From Gloeobacterales cyanobacterium (GTDB lineage Bacteria; Cyanobacteriota; Cyanobacteriia; Gloeobacterales; PMM-0068), in contig JBBRSB010000022.1 of assembly GCA_038245785.1 (NCBI GenBank), positions 1-64,000 of the forward strand: a stretch of 64,000 nucleotides of DNA, written 5' to 3'. Below the pieces are notes generated by a model. The model had not been told where the DNA came from and searched no databases. It saw nothing but the letters and a program-made list of their open reading frames with translations. The position numbers were made by a program, and so were the translations under genes. This document shows positions 1 to 8,322 of this stretch, one piece after another; the stretch's first letter is position 1; every line of letters starts with the position of its first letter.

Positions 1-1
1 C

Positions 2-223
2 GCATTCAGCGCAGGTGACTTGATGATGGTGATGGTGCTGCGCAGGCTGGACGGATCAGGGATATTGGAGGAGTATTCGAACCTCTCCGCCTACGTCGCT
101 CGGGGCGAAGCGCGCCCCCCCTACAAGCGTGCTTTCGACGCTCAATTGGCGGTTTTCACTGCTGTCAACCGCGGGGGGAAACGGCACAAGCATCCCGGCT
201 CCGCTGATCACAATGACGCCTAA
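2..223 (+). CDS. Glutathione S-transferase, C-terminal part (5' end outside the window)
   Basis: Frame reads AFSAGDLMMVMVLRRL...YSNLSAYVARGEARPPYKRAF, a typical GST C-terminal N-capping box and RPAY-like tail. Confidence 0.75.
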   Translation, partial: AFSAGDLMMVMVLRRLDGSGILEEYSNLSAYVARGEARPPYKRAFDAQLAVFTAVNRGGKRHKHPGSADHNDA

Positions 224-251
224 CCCCTCGCTCAAGCGGAGCGCCAACGGC
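218..251 (+). repeat. Truncated left half of an integron attC-like site
   Basis: GCCTAAC (RYYYAAC) overlaps the GST stop codon and is followed by CCCTCGCTCAAGCGGAGCGCCAACGGC, resembling proteobacterial attC left arms; right arm absent. Confidence 0.55.
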
Positions 252-275
252 AGCTAGTAGGGTGGGGAATGGCCA
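252..275 (+). repeat. Degenerate GTAG-type REP motif
   Basis: AGCTAGTAGGGTGGG is identical to 6861-6875; the rest of the palindrome is degraded. Confidence 0.5.
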
Positions 276-301
276 ATTCCGGCATTTTTTCTGCCTCTAA
301 A

Positions 302-382
302 GCGGCACTCGAAGAACCGGAATTACTCGCGGCGGACATCAGAGATTTCTTTCGTCCGCTGCGTAAATCGGACAATAAATAA
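302..382 (+). pseudogene. Epoxide hydrolase C-terminal remnant
   Basis: AALEEPELLAADIRDFFRPLRKSDNK* matches the (GGHF)AALEEPELLAxDIRxFF end of epoxide hydrolases; no upstream part. Confidence 0.6.
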
Positions 383-474
383 TCGGAAGAATCGTTGAGC
401 AGCTATCGGTTAAAACGGATGCACCAATAGTGAATCAGTTAATTAAAGCATCCATCGAAGAAAAGGAGTAGAAA

Positions 475-1755
475 ATGAAGACTATCGTAAAAGAAGATTT
501 TATATATTTTAGCATCACCGAAATCGGCGATTTGATTCGGCAGGAAAAGGTTTCGCCGACGGAAATTGTGGAGGAATGTTTGAAAAGAATCGAACGACTT
601 AATCCGAAGTTCAATGCTTTTATCACGGTAACTGCCGAACAAGCGTTAAAAGAAGCCGAAGCAGCGACTGCGGAAATCAAAAATGGTAACTGGAAAGGTC
701 ATCTGCACGGTGTTCCGGTTGCCATAAAAGATATGTTCGATACGGCGGGCATCAAAACGACGGCGGCTTTCGAGCAGTTTAAAGACCGTGTGCCGGAAAA
801 AGATGCGGAAGTTGTGGCAAAGTTAAAAGCCGTTGGAGCGATTGTCATCGGCAAGACGAATATGCATCAATTGGCGATGGGAACGACTTCGGTGATTAGT
901 TATTTCGGCAGCGTTCATAATCCCTGGAATACGGATTATATCGCGGGCGGTTCTTCGGGCGGGTCGGCGGCGGCATTGGCGGGCAGATTATGTTTCGCGA
1001 CGGTTGATACCGATGGCATCGGTTCGTGTCGCCTGCCCGCTTCGTGTTGCGGCGTAATCGGTTTCAAATCGACGAACGGATTAATCAGTCCCAAAGGAAT
1101 TCTGGAAGGCGAGAAAGCCGATGAATCAATTATCAAATTGGCGAGTCCGGCTTTTATGTGCCGCAGTGTTGCAGATGCCGCGCTGCTGTTAAATGTGCTG
1201 GCGGATGCGGAAACAAGCCAAAGCGAATTTAAGAATGATTTCAGTCCGGCTTTTGCAACAACGAAAAATCCGCGTCTCGGCATCGTTAACAATTTTATGG
1301 CGACGGATGAAATCCAAACGGCTTTTTCAAATGCCGTCAAGACGTTTCGCTCTCTAGGTTGTGCGATTAGCGAGGTCAAAGTTCCGTTTGAAAAAGCATC
1401 GTTCGATGTCAAAAATATCGAGCAAGACCGCAACACAATTGCCGAAACTCTCTTCAAAGATATTGACGTTTTGCTCTTGCCGACGATTGCGGAACTAACG
1501 CTGACCATAGAAGAAGCCCAAAAAAGAGAAAAATCCAAAGCGGAAAACAGCGTCGCGTTTTCACCGAATAATACATTTTTCTGCAATTACTACGGCTTAC
1601 CCGCCATCAGCGTTCCGTGCGGGTTTGATAAAAACGGCTTGCCGCTAGGTCTGCAAATTGTCGGACGGCAATGGGAAGAAGGCAAAGTTTTAGATGTGGC
1701 AAATCGCTATCAAAAAGCAACTCAATGGCATTTGAAACATTCGTCTGTTGCTTGA
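475..1755 (+). CDS. Amidase signature family protein (GatA-like amidase)
   Basis: LHGVPVAIKD, GKTNMHQL, GGSSGGSAAA, GLPLGLQIVG; AGGAG RBS. Confidence 0.9.
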   Translation: MKTIVKEDFIYFSITEIGDLIRQEKVSPTEIVEECLKRIERLNPKFNAFITVTAEQALKEAEAATAEIKNGNWKGHLHGVPVAIKDMFDTAGIKTTAAFEQFKDRVPEKDAEVVAKLKAVGAIVIGKTNMHQLAMGTTSVISYFGSVHNPWNTDYIAGGSSGGSAAALAGRLCFATVDTDGIGSCRLPASCCGVIGFKSTNGLISPKGILEGEKADESIIKLASPAFMCRSVADAALLLNVLADAETSQSEFKNDFSPAFATTKNPRLGIVNNFMATDEIQTAFSNAVKTFRSLGCAISEVKVPFEKASFDVKNIEQDRNTIAETLFKDIDVLLLPTIAELTLTIEEAQKREKSKAENSVAFSPNNTFFCNYYGLPAISVPCGFDKNGLPLGLQIVGRQWEEGKVLDVANRYQKATQWHLKHSSVA

Positions 1756-1774
1756 ATTAAAAGAAAAAATTCCC

Positions 1775-1789
1775 GTAGGCACTGCCCAC
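1775..1789 (+). repeat. Truncated GTAG-type REP motif
   Basis: GTAGGCACTGCCCAC equals GTAGGGTGGGCACTGCCCAC with an internal deletion. Confidence 0.45.
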
Positions 1790-1937
1790 AGCCAAGGTTT
1801 GAGATTAATTTAGTCTTGTTTATATTTACGCCTTGCTACTTAAATAGAGCAACCTGTTCCAAAGCTACGCTGTGCATCAAGCCCGCGAAAAAGTAGCTCC
1901 ATAGTCCGGATCTCAATAAACATACAGGAAAGAACAC

Positions 1938-2090
1938 ATGACAATTGCGGGAAGCTGCCATTGCGGGAAGACTGCCTTTCGGATCGAAGGCGAACTTCCG
2001 GCGAACCTGACTCAATGCACTTGCTCATTCTGCTCGAAACGCGGCGCGCTGTAGGCGTACTACGAGCCTCGCCAGTTTTAACTGACAACC
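1938..2090 (+). pseudogene. GFA/CENP-V family (glutathione-dependent formaldehyde-activating) gene, 5' remnant
   Basis: MTIAGSCHCGKTAFRIEGELPANLTQCTCSFCSKRGAL*AYYEPRQF*LTT: CxC and CxCxxC zinc motifs, two in-frame stops, truncated. Confidence 0.75.
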
Positions 2091-2096
2091 TCAGCA

Positions 2097-2303
2097 GCAG
2101 AACTTGAGAAAAGCCTATGGTTTGTGGGCAGTGAGTTTACCGCAGCCGATATTCAGATGAGCTTTCCATTGGAGACGGCGGCTGTACGGGCAGGATTGGA
2201 CATCAGCCGACCGAAACTGATGGGCTTTCTTGATCGCATTCATGCCCGTCCCGCATACCGCCGTGCCTTAGAACGCGGCGGGGCATACGAACTGCTGAAT
2301 TAA
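2097..2303 (+). pseudogene. Glutathione S-transferase 3' remnant
   Basis: AELEKSLWFVGSEFTAADIQMSFPLE...FLDRIHARPAYRRALERGGAYELLN*; no start codon, joined directly to the GFA remnant. Confidence 0.75.
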
Positions 2304-2370
2304 TCAGACTCTTTGAAATAGATGATCTTTGAGTAGCGATCGCCCTCTAACGAGTCGAGAAGGAAATAAA

Positions 2371-3288
2371 ATGCCAAAGATTGACAAAAACAACCGATTT
2401 TTTATCCCAATTATCGAATTTGAAGTCGCGCCTGAACAGCAGCAGGCATTTATTGACGGGATCGCCGATGAAGTCGAGCGTCGCTTCAAACGCTATGCAG
2501 GGTTCATTTCAGCGAGTTTCCATGCAAGTGAAGACGGGCGACGGGTGATTAACTACGCTCAATGGCTCTCAAAAGAAGATTGGGCTGCATCCGGTCGCAC
2601 TTCTGACGATGATGAAACAACTGCTGCCATTCTTAAAGTAATCAAACGCTGCGGAGCTAAACAGTTGGAGGCGCATTTCTTTCGGGTCGATCGAGTCATT
2701 GAGAACGCAGCGCAATTGAGGCGGGTTCTCATCGTCGGCAAACTGCCAGAAGTCTTGCGAGGCATCATGGAACAACTCGATGCGCTCGGTTTTGCCGTTC
2801 AGGGATCGACCGACGGGGAACATGCTGCCGATCGGTTCGACGCGAGAGATTTCGACTTGATCGCCTTCGGGGGTGCTCTTTTCGGATCTGTGAGCGATCG
2901 CCTGAGACTCAAATTCTCCCAGCAAAACCCCGCTGTTGAGTTTGTCGATGCCTTCGCGCCAATCGCGGTCAGGCAGATCGTTTCTGCACTCGAAGGCGAA
3001 CATACCCAGCAGCCACACGTCACCGATTTTCACGTCGTAGAGGATGGTCTGGACTCCCTCGTCCAGGCGAGGATTTTAAAGCCTTGCACGGTGCAGATCG
3101 AAGTGTATCGGCTGCCCGACGCACCGCCCCCTGAAGTCGAACTCGTCGACCAATTGGAGGCCATCCCAGGTTCCATGAAGCGACGAATCGACGCGCGGTA
3201 TCGGCCACATGGCCACATGCTTGTGATGACCGTCAACGATCGCGAATACTATCTGCACCGAATTCAGACTCCGCAGTTCGTTCAGTGA
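2371..3288 (+). CDS. Antibiotic-biosynthesis-monooxygenase (ABM) domain fused to an unknown C-terminal region
   Basis: N-terminal FEVAPEQQQAF...GFISASFHASEDGRRVINYAQW is the ABM signature; ATG 2371 follows GAAGGA (ORF track starts at 2329). Confidence 0.7.
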   Translation: MPKIDKNNRFFIPIIEFEVAPEQQQAFIDGIADEVERRFKRYAGFISASFHASEDGRRVINYAQWLSKEDWAASGRTSDDDETTAAILKVIKRCGAKQLEAHFFRVDRVIENAAQLRRVLIVGKLPEVLRGIMEQLDALGFAVQGSTDGEHAADRFDARDFDLIAFGGALFGSVSDRLRLKFSQQNPAVEFVDAFAPIAVRQIVSALEGEHTQQPHVTDFHVVEDGLDSLVQARILKPCTVQIEVYRLPDAPPPEVELVDQLEAIPGSMKRRIDARYRPHGHMLVMTVNDREYYLHRIQTPQFVQ

Positions 3289-3325
3289 GAGAGCGTACCA
3301 TTCATTTTCAAGAGGACAAGAAACC

Positions 3326-3466
3326 ATTATCGAGATAGCAATTATCATCGGCAGCACTCGCCCAGGACGCTTTGGCGAGTCCGTCGGTCACTGGGTTTAC
3401 CAAATTTCCCACATGCTCGACCAAGTTATTGCTTGGGGTGGCGCGTTGAAGACTTTACGGGAGTGA
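3326..3466 (+). pseudogene. NADPH-dependent FMN reductase with a large in-frame internal deletion
   Basis: (I)IEIAIIIGSTRPGRFGESVGHWVYQIS joined to MLDQVIAWGGALKTLRE*; the start position reads ATT. Confidence 0.75.
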
Positions 3467-3482
3467 ACGGAGGATAAGGATT

Positions 3483-4075
3483 ATGAAACAGAAAGCATAT
3501 CAACTTGTGTTTGACGGATTAACAGATCGGGAGACTCCTTACGCTCTGTGTGAAATAAACAGCTCTAAAAATTTCAAGGTTGTAACGGTTGGACTTTCAG
3601 AAAAGCCAATTTTAACGATGGGTGGACTTCAGATTACTCCCGAAATTACAATCAATGACGTAAGACCTGCCGAAGCGAGTATTTTCATCTTGTCCGGCGG
3701 AGATATGTGGGAACGAGAATCCTGCTCGGAAGTGATTAATCTTTTACACAGACTTTACGCGGAGAAAGTTGCGATCGCCGCAATTTGTGGCGCGACGCTA
3801 GAAATCGCCAGAGCTAGACTTTTGCACAATGTTCGTCATACGAGCAATAGTAAAGAGTATCTGGAAGCGAAAGTTCCCCATTATCAGGATGAAGCGTTCT
3901 TTGTAGACGAGTTGGCTGTAACGGACAAAAATATCATTACTGCAAGCGGTTTGGGCAGTATTGAGTTTGGGCGCGAAGTCATAAAATTGCTCAATTTTTC
4001 GGTGAAGCCGAAATCCAAGAGTGGTTTGAGATGTATAAGCACGGAGTAATTCCAGCTAAATATAGATCGGCGTAG
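3483..4075 (+). pseudogene. DJ-1/PfpI family protein, frameshifted near the C-terminus
   Basis: TMGGLQITP, SGGDMW, IAAICGATL, IITASG. The family-like tail FGEAEIQEWFEMYKHGVIPAKYRSA* lies in another frame after ~3995; the ORF as read ends at 4049. Confidence 0.65.
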
Positions 4076-4115
4076 TTCCGAATAAACCTGACAATTTCAC
4101 GAAGGAGCAATAGTC

Positions 4116-4472
4116 ATGAGCAACAAACCACAATTCGGATTCATCATAGAGTATGTGAAGGATATCGAGGCGGCCAAGCATTTCTACGTCGAAGTTCTAG
4201 GAATCGAAGTGGAGCGTTACCACCCCACATTCGTCCAATTTGACACCTTCGCGATCGCTAGCGACGAGCCGATGGCTGGCAATGGCGAGCCAGAGCTATA
4301 TTGGCTTGTAGATGATGTTGAGACAGCTTTCAGCGATCTATCCCAAAAAGCCGAAGTCAGCCGTCCTCTCAAGCAGATGCCTTTCGGTAAAGTTTTCGGC
4401 ATTAAGGATCTCGACGGCCGGACTCGTTACCTGCTTGAACTAGCTAAAGACCGACCGAGCCAGAGCGCATGA
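4116..4472 (+). CDS. VOC/glyoxalase family protein
   Basis: YVKDIEAAKHFYVEVLG, LYWLVDDVE, MPFGKVFGIKDLDG; AAGGAG RBS. Confidence 0.85.
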   Translation: MSNKPQFGFIIEYVKDIEAAKHFYVEVLGIEVERYHPTFVQFDTFAIASDEPMAGNGEPELYWLVDDVETAFSDLSQKAEVSRPLKQMPFGKVFGIKDLDGRTRYLLELAKDRPSQSA

Positions 4473-4493
4473 GAGGAGTTAAAGCTTCGTCGA

Positions 4494-4511
4494 TCAACTC
4501 AGACGTTAGCA
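4494..4511 (+). repeat. Right-arm remnant of an attC-like site
   Basis: TCAACTCAGACGTTAGC ends in a GTT core, just after the VOC gene. Confidence 0.35.
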
Positions 4512-4613
4512 CTAAATTCTTTACCTTCGCAGGCAACCAGGTCGCCAGCGTCAATGTCTACTTCGGAGCTGTGTATAGAGACGGTTCCTTTATCAAAAAG
4601 TAAGTTACCTAAA
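4510..4613 (+). pseudogene. Diverged duplicate of the 3' end of the SnoaL-like gene at 6972-7307
   Basis: About 100 nt align colinearly with 7205-7309 with scattered substitutions. Confidence 0.8.
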
Positions 4614-4762
4614 CCGTCCTCAATTTTTTGCTCGTCTTTAATTAAAATTCATATCGTAATCAATCAATTCATGCAGTAAATCAAATAGTCGTTGTTCAAA
4701 GTAATAAGTAGGTGTGAGTATCTATTCAAACGCGTTTCAATTAATTTGCAAGGACACTAAAA

Positions 4763-5536
4763 ATGAGAAATTTCAACCATCAGTCGGGGAAACATATAGA
4801 AAGAGATGGAGCTAAAATCTATTACGAAGTAACTGGTAGCGAAGACAGTCCGGCCTTACTAGTTTTACATGGCGGTTTTGGCAATCTTGAAGATTTTAAT
4901 ATTATCCTTTCCGAGCTTGAAAGTGAGTTTAAGGTAGTCGGAATTGACAGTCGCGGGCAGGGGAAATCAACGCTTGGCAAAAAAGCGTTGACTTACGAAC
5001 AGATTCAAAAAGATGTTGAGGGCGTTCTCGAACATCTCAACATAGATACTTTGAGCATCATCGGTTTCAGCGACGGCGGAATTTCAGCTTACAGACTCGC
5101 TTCGCTGACTTCATTGAAGATTGAAAAACTCGTAACGATTGGTTCAAGGTGGCATCTGAAAAATACCGAACCGACGCGCGAACTGTTTCTAAAAGTTACA
5201 GGCGAGAGTTGGCGAAAAAAGTTTCCCGCCACTTACGACGCTTACCAAAAACTAAATCCCGAACCGGACTTTGATTTTCTCGCTCAATCCTTAGTCAAAA
5301 TGTGGCTCGATGAACATTCGTCGGGTTATCCGAATGAAGCCGTTAAAAATATCTCTTGTCCCTTGCTGATTGTTCGTGGCGACGACGACCATCTCATACC
5401 GCTCGAAGCGGTTGTTGAATTATCGGAAATCGTGAAAGGAGCAAGATTATTAAACATTCCGTTCGCGGGACACGCTGCATTTGAAGAGCAGAAGGAGATA
5501 TTTATGATTAGCTTAAACGAGTTTTTCAAGCAATGA
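4763..5536 (+). CDS. Alpha/beta hydrolase
   Basis: VLHGGFG, DSRGQGKS, GFSDGG nucleophile elbow, GDDD, AGH. Confidence 0.9.
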   Translation: MRNFNHQSGKHIERDGAKIYYEVTGSEDSPALLVLHGGFGNLEDFNIILSELESEFKVVGIDSRGQGKSTLGKKALTYEQIQKDVEGVLEHLNIDTLSIIGFSDGGISAYRLASLTSLKIEKLVTIGSRWHLKNTEPTRELFLKVTGESWRKKFPATYDAYQKLNPEPDFDFLAQSLVKMWLDEHSSGYPNEAVKNISCPLLIVRGDDDHLIPLEAVVELSEIVKGARLLNIPFAGHAAFEEQKEIFMISLNEFFKQ

Positions 5537-5572
5537 ATTTACTTCACACAACGTCTTCAATTGCGACAGCAC

Positions 5573-5604
5573 GGCGAACAAGTCATTGGACACGAGGCGA
5601 AAAC
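5573..5604 (+). repeat. Truncated left half of an attC-like site
   Basis: GGCGAACAAGTCATTGGACACGAGGCGAAAAC closely resembles 6102-6133. Confidence 0.5.
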
Positions 5605-5632
5605 GACATTTATTTAATTGAAGGAGAGCAGT

Positions 5633-6079
5633 ATGACAACTGAGAATAGCACAGCAACAGACGAAGCCAGCATCCGCAAGCTGATGGATGAGCGGGTCAA
5701 AGCGGTCAATGATAAGGACATCAATGCGCTTTTAACCAACTACGCGCCGAATATTCTGTCTTTCGATGTTATCAACCCACTACAACATACTGGTTTAGAT
5801 ACGGTTAGAAAACGCGCTGAGAAATGGCTCTCGTCGTTTCAAGGCTCAATCGGTTATGAGATTCGAGACTTGGAAATAACGACGGACAATGACGTTGCTT
5901 TCTGCCATTACCTTTATCAAGTCAGCGGAACGCTGACAGACGGAGGAAAAATCAATATGTGGGTACGGGCAACCGTTTGTTTCCGTCAGATTGATGGCAA
6001 ATGGATGATTATTCACGAACATCAATCAGTACCTTTCGACGCGGAAACAGGCAAAGCGTCGCTTGACCTCAAGCCATAA
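5633..6079 (+). CDS. SnoaL/NTF2-like (DUF4440/YybH-type) protein
   Basis: DEASIRKLMD...MWVRATVCFRQIDGKWMIIHEHQSVPFD; AAGGAG RBS before ATG 5633. Confidence 0.85.
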   Translation: MTTENSTATDEASIRKLMDERVKAVNDKDINALLTNYAPNILSFDVINPLQHTGLDTVRKRAEKWLSSFQGSIGYEIRDLEITTDNDVAFCHYLYQVSGTLTDGGKINMWVRATVCFRQIDGKWMIIHEHQSVPFDAETGKASLDLKP

Positions 6080-6101
6080 GGCTTCGTGAACCATAACACA
6101 C

Positions 6102-6201
6102 GCTGAACAAGTCATCGGACGCGAGGCAAAATAGCTGATTTCAATATGCAAGGCTTATCGCTATCGGTGTTGTTTGCGCCCGCGTCAATTCGGCTTTATG
6201 T
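6102..6201 (+). repeat. Near-complete degenerate attC-like site
   Basis: GCTGAAC...GACGCG(A)GG...CCCGCGTC...CGGCTTTATGT: imperfect hairpin with an extra unpaired base in the L-box; the terminal GTT core appears mutated to TTT. Confidence 0.55.
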
Positions 6202-6202
6202 G

Positions 6203-6262
6203 ACTGACGAACAGCCGGAAATCATAGCGGAACTTATCGAACGCTACGCATCTATGAAATAA
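6203..6262 (+). pseudogene. Short C-terminal remnant, probably of an alpha/beta hydrolase
   Basis: TDEQPEIIAELIERYASMK* resembles the ExP...I..F/Y end of hydrolases. Confidence 0.35.
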
Positions 6263-6276
6263 AATCAGGTGAAAAA

Positions 6277-6843
6277 ATGAGAAAGATAATTGTGTTGAGC
6301 TATTTATCGCTTGACGGTTTTACGGCATCGAACGGAGATTTTGATTGGATCATTTGGGATGACGGCGTGAACGAATATTACAAGGAAACGCAGAGAACGA
6401 CGGACACGGTTCTGTTCGGGCGCGTGAGCTATGAATCGCTGAAAAATTACTGGTCAACTCCCAAAGCATCGGCGGAAGACCCGGAAATGATTGAGTTTAT
6501 CAATCAAACAAGGAAAGTCGTTTTTTCAAAATCATTGGAAACAGCCGATTGGAACAATTCGGAAGTGCTGAAAGAAATCGTGCCAAATGACATCGAAGCG
6601 ATGAAAAAAGATTCCGGCAAAGACATTTTAGTAATCGGCAGCGGAAGCGTCGTTTCGCAATTGGAAAATGCGAGTTTGATTGACGAATATCGTTTCATTT
6701 CGATTCCCGTCGTTTTGGGCGAGGGCAAACCATATTTTCAAAATCTTGATGACAAACTCAAATTAAAATTTCTCGAAATGAGAAATTTTAAAAGCGGTAA
6801 TGTTTTGCTGCGCTATCAATCGGAAAAGATACTTGATAAATGA
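6277..6843 (+). CDS. Dihydrofolate reductase/RibD C-terminal domain family protein
   Basis: MRKIIV...SLDGF, LFGRVSYE, KVVFSKSL, IGSGSVV, LIDEY, PVVLGEGKPYF. Confidence 0.9.
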   Translation: MRKIIVLSYLSLDGFTASNGDFDWIIWDDGVNEYYKETQRTTDTVLFGRVSYESLKNYWSTPKASAEDPEMIEFINQTRKVVFSKSLETADWNNSEVLKEIVPNDIEAMKKDSGKDILVIGSGSVVSQLENASLIDEYRFISIPVVLGEGKPYFQNLDDKLKLKFLEMRNFKSGNVLLRYQSEKILDK

Positions 6844-6860
6844 AAGGCAAAACGTGGTTT

Positions 6861-6885
6861 AGCTAGTAGGGTGGGCACTGCCCAC
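6861..6885 (+). repeat. GTAG-type REP (GTAGGGTGGGCACTGCCCAC)
   Basis: GTAG followed by the palindrome GTGGGCA-C-TGCCCAC. Confidence 0.7.
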
Positions 6886-6971
6886 GGCATCAACTAGGAG
6901 ATAAAACGATGCGACTTATCGCTGGAATACAAAACTTGTAGCGCATCACTTTTGCCATAACCCTACGACGC

Positions 6972-7307
6972 TTGTTTGAAGCATATAAGCAGAAGGATCG
7001 CAAGACGGTTGAGCAACTGCTGACCGATACATTCACCTTCACCAGTCCCTACGACGATGCAATTGACTGTGCTGCCTACTTCGAGCGCTGCTGGCCCAAC
7101 AGTAACTGTATCCGTGAGCATGTTCTCGAACGCATTTTCGTCGAAGGGGACGAAGCCTTCGCCCCCTGTTGCGCTTACACGAACGAGGGAATAGAGTTTC
7201 GGAACACTGAGTTCTTTACCTTCGCAGTCAACCTGGTCGCCAGCGTCAACGTCTACTTCGGAGCTGCGTATAGAAACGGTTCCTTTGTCAAAAAGCAAGT
7301 TACCTAA
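6972..7307 (+). CDS. SnoaL/NTF2-like protein, 5' end possibly damaged
   Basis: FTFTSPYDDAID..AYFERCWP...FRNTEFF...VNVYFG; upstream ATG (6909) is cut off by a stop. Confidence 0.6.
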   Translation: MFEAYKQKDRKTVEQLLTDTFTFTSPYDDAIDCAAYFERCWPNSNCIREHVLERIFVEGDEAFAPCCAYTNEGIEFRNTEFFTFAVNLVASVNVYFGAAYRNGSFVKKQVT

Positions 7308-7458
7308 AACACTCTTTCACTATTAGGAGATGACCTGCTCCCCGAAAAGTAGTCCAGTGAATAAGCGAATTCTCCCTTCCTGCAAACAGCCCTTGACATC
7401 TCTTACGATCCTGGGCTCACTGGGAATGAGGTTGATATCTCTTACCAGCGGTTGTCCT

Positions 7459-8034
7459 GTGCCTACTACACTTGATCCAAAATCAGCAGAATATCTGAGT
7501 CTAGTGCAGAGCTTAAGCAGTTATGAGCGGGAGCTTGTTATGGAAATGCTTAAACAGCTCCGTAGCACCTCACAGAATAATGCTCATTCAGAAGAAGATG
7601 AATCTATAAAAGCGTTAGCTGGTCGGACTTTTAGTCATGAAGAGCGAGTTAAGTTAGAACTGGACTCTCTCCTTCGATACTTTCAGTGGCGCAGACAATT
7701 ACTCGAAGGGGCATTGACAAGTCCGCAGGTGGCTAAGATCCTAGGGACATCTCGTCAAACTCCTCATGACCGGGTGAAGGCGCGGACGCTCCTTGGCATT
7801 TTGGATAATGGAACTTTTCGATTTCCTGCATGGCAGTTTGATCCTGAGGGACCAGATAGGGTAATTGATGGGTTAGCAGATGTTCTGAAAGCCCTTCAAG
7901 TTTCTGACTTGGCAAAACTAAGTTGGCTGATGCATCCCAATCCATTGCTGGACGGTCTCACCCCACTGCAGATGCTCAAACAAGGACAGAAGGGAAGGGT
8001 AGTTCAAGAAGCAATGGGCGTTAGGGTCTCTTAG
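7459..8034 (+). CDS. Antitoxin-like DNA-binding protein (HTH plus Xre/MbcA/ParS-type C-terminus)
   Basis: LTSPQVAKILGTSRQTPHDRV HTH, FPAWQF, WLMHPNPLLDGLTPL; GTG 7459 preferred because TTGACA lies at 7393. Confidence 0.7.
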   Translation: MPTTLDPKSAEYLSLVQSLSSYERELVMEMLKQLRSTSQNNAHSEEDESIKALAGRTFSHEERVKLELDSLLRYFQWRRQLLEGALTSPQVAKILGTSRQTPHDRVKARTLLGILDNGTFRFPAWQFDPEGPDRVIDGLADVLKALQVSDLAKLSWLMHPNPLLDGLTPLQMLKQGQKGRVVQEAMGVRVS

Positions 8035-8302
8035 TGGTCAAGATTGCCCTACCACCTCCTTCTAATTCACCCTCACCTTCCTTTCATACCCTGGCTGCAG
8101 GCAGCAAAATCATTAGAATATTTGAATTGATGGCATCATCTATTTCAATGCCTATAATGATGATGAGGCAATCATGTTATGTGAGCGTAGCGAGGATGGG
8201 TTAGCCTGTGCAGATAACCAAATCTTTAGACTGGATTACCCTAGATTGCGCTCAGCTATTCAAGCGGCAGCACTAGAAAACAATCCAATTTTTGTGCCTT
8301 AG
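8034..8302 (+). pseudogene. RES-domain toxin with internal deletion and frameshift
   Basis: VVKIALPPP...FHTLAAGSKIIRIF then, in another frame, IDGIIYFNAYNDDEAIMLCER...; GTG overlaps the antitoxin stop. Confidence 0.65.
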
Positions 8303-8322
8303 AAAGCAAAACCATAGAATCA

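Noticed and set aside
936..1586. Long antisense ORF, and similar ones such as 18380-19072, 13170-13619 and 45566-45973
   Set aside because: They lie opposite well-supported genes and show no recognisable motifs; treated as shadow ORFs.
1780..2133. Apparent inverted repeat CACTGCCCACA / TGTGGGCAGTG bracketing ~330 bp
   Set aside because: The right copy is coding sequence of the GST remnant (F-V-G-S-E), so the match is probably coincidental.
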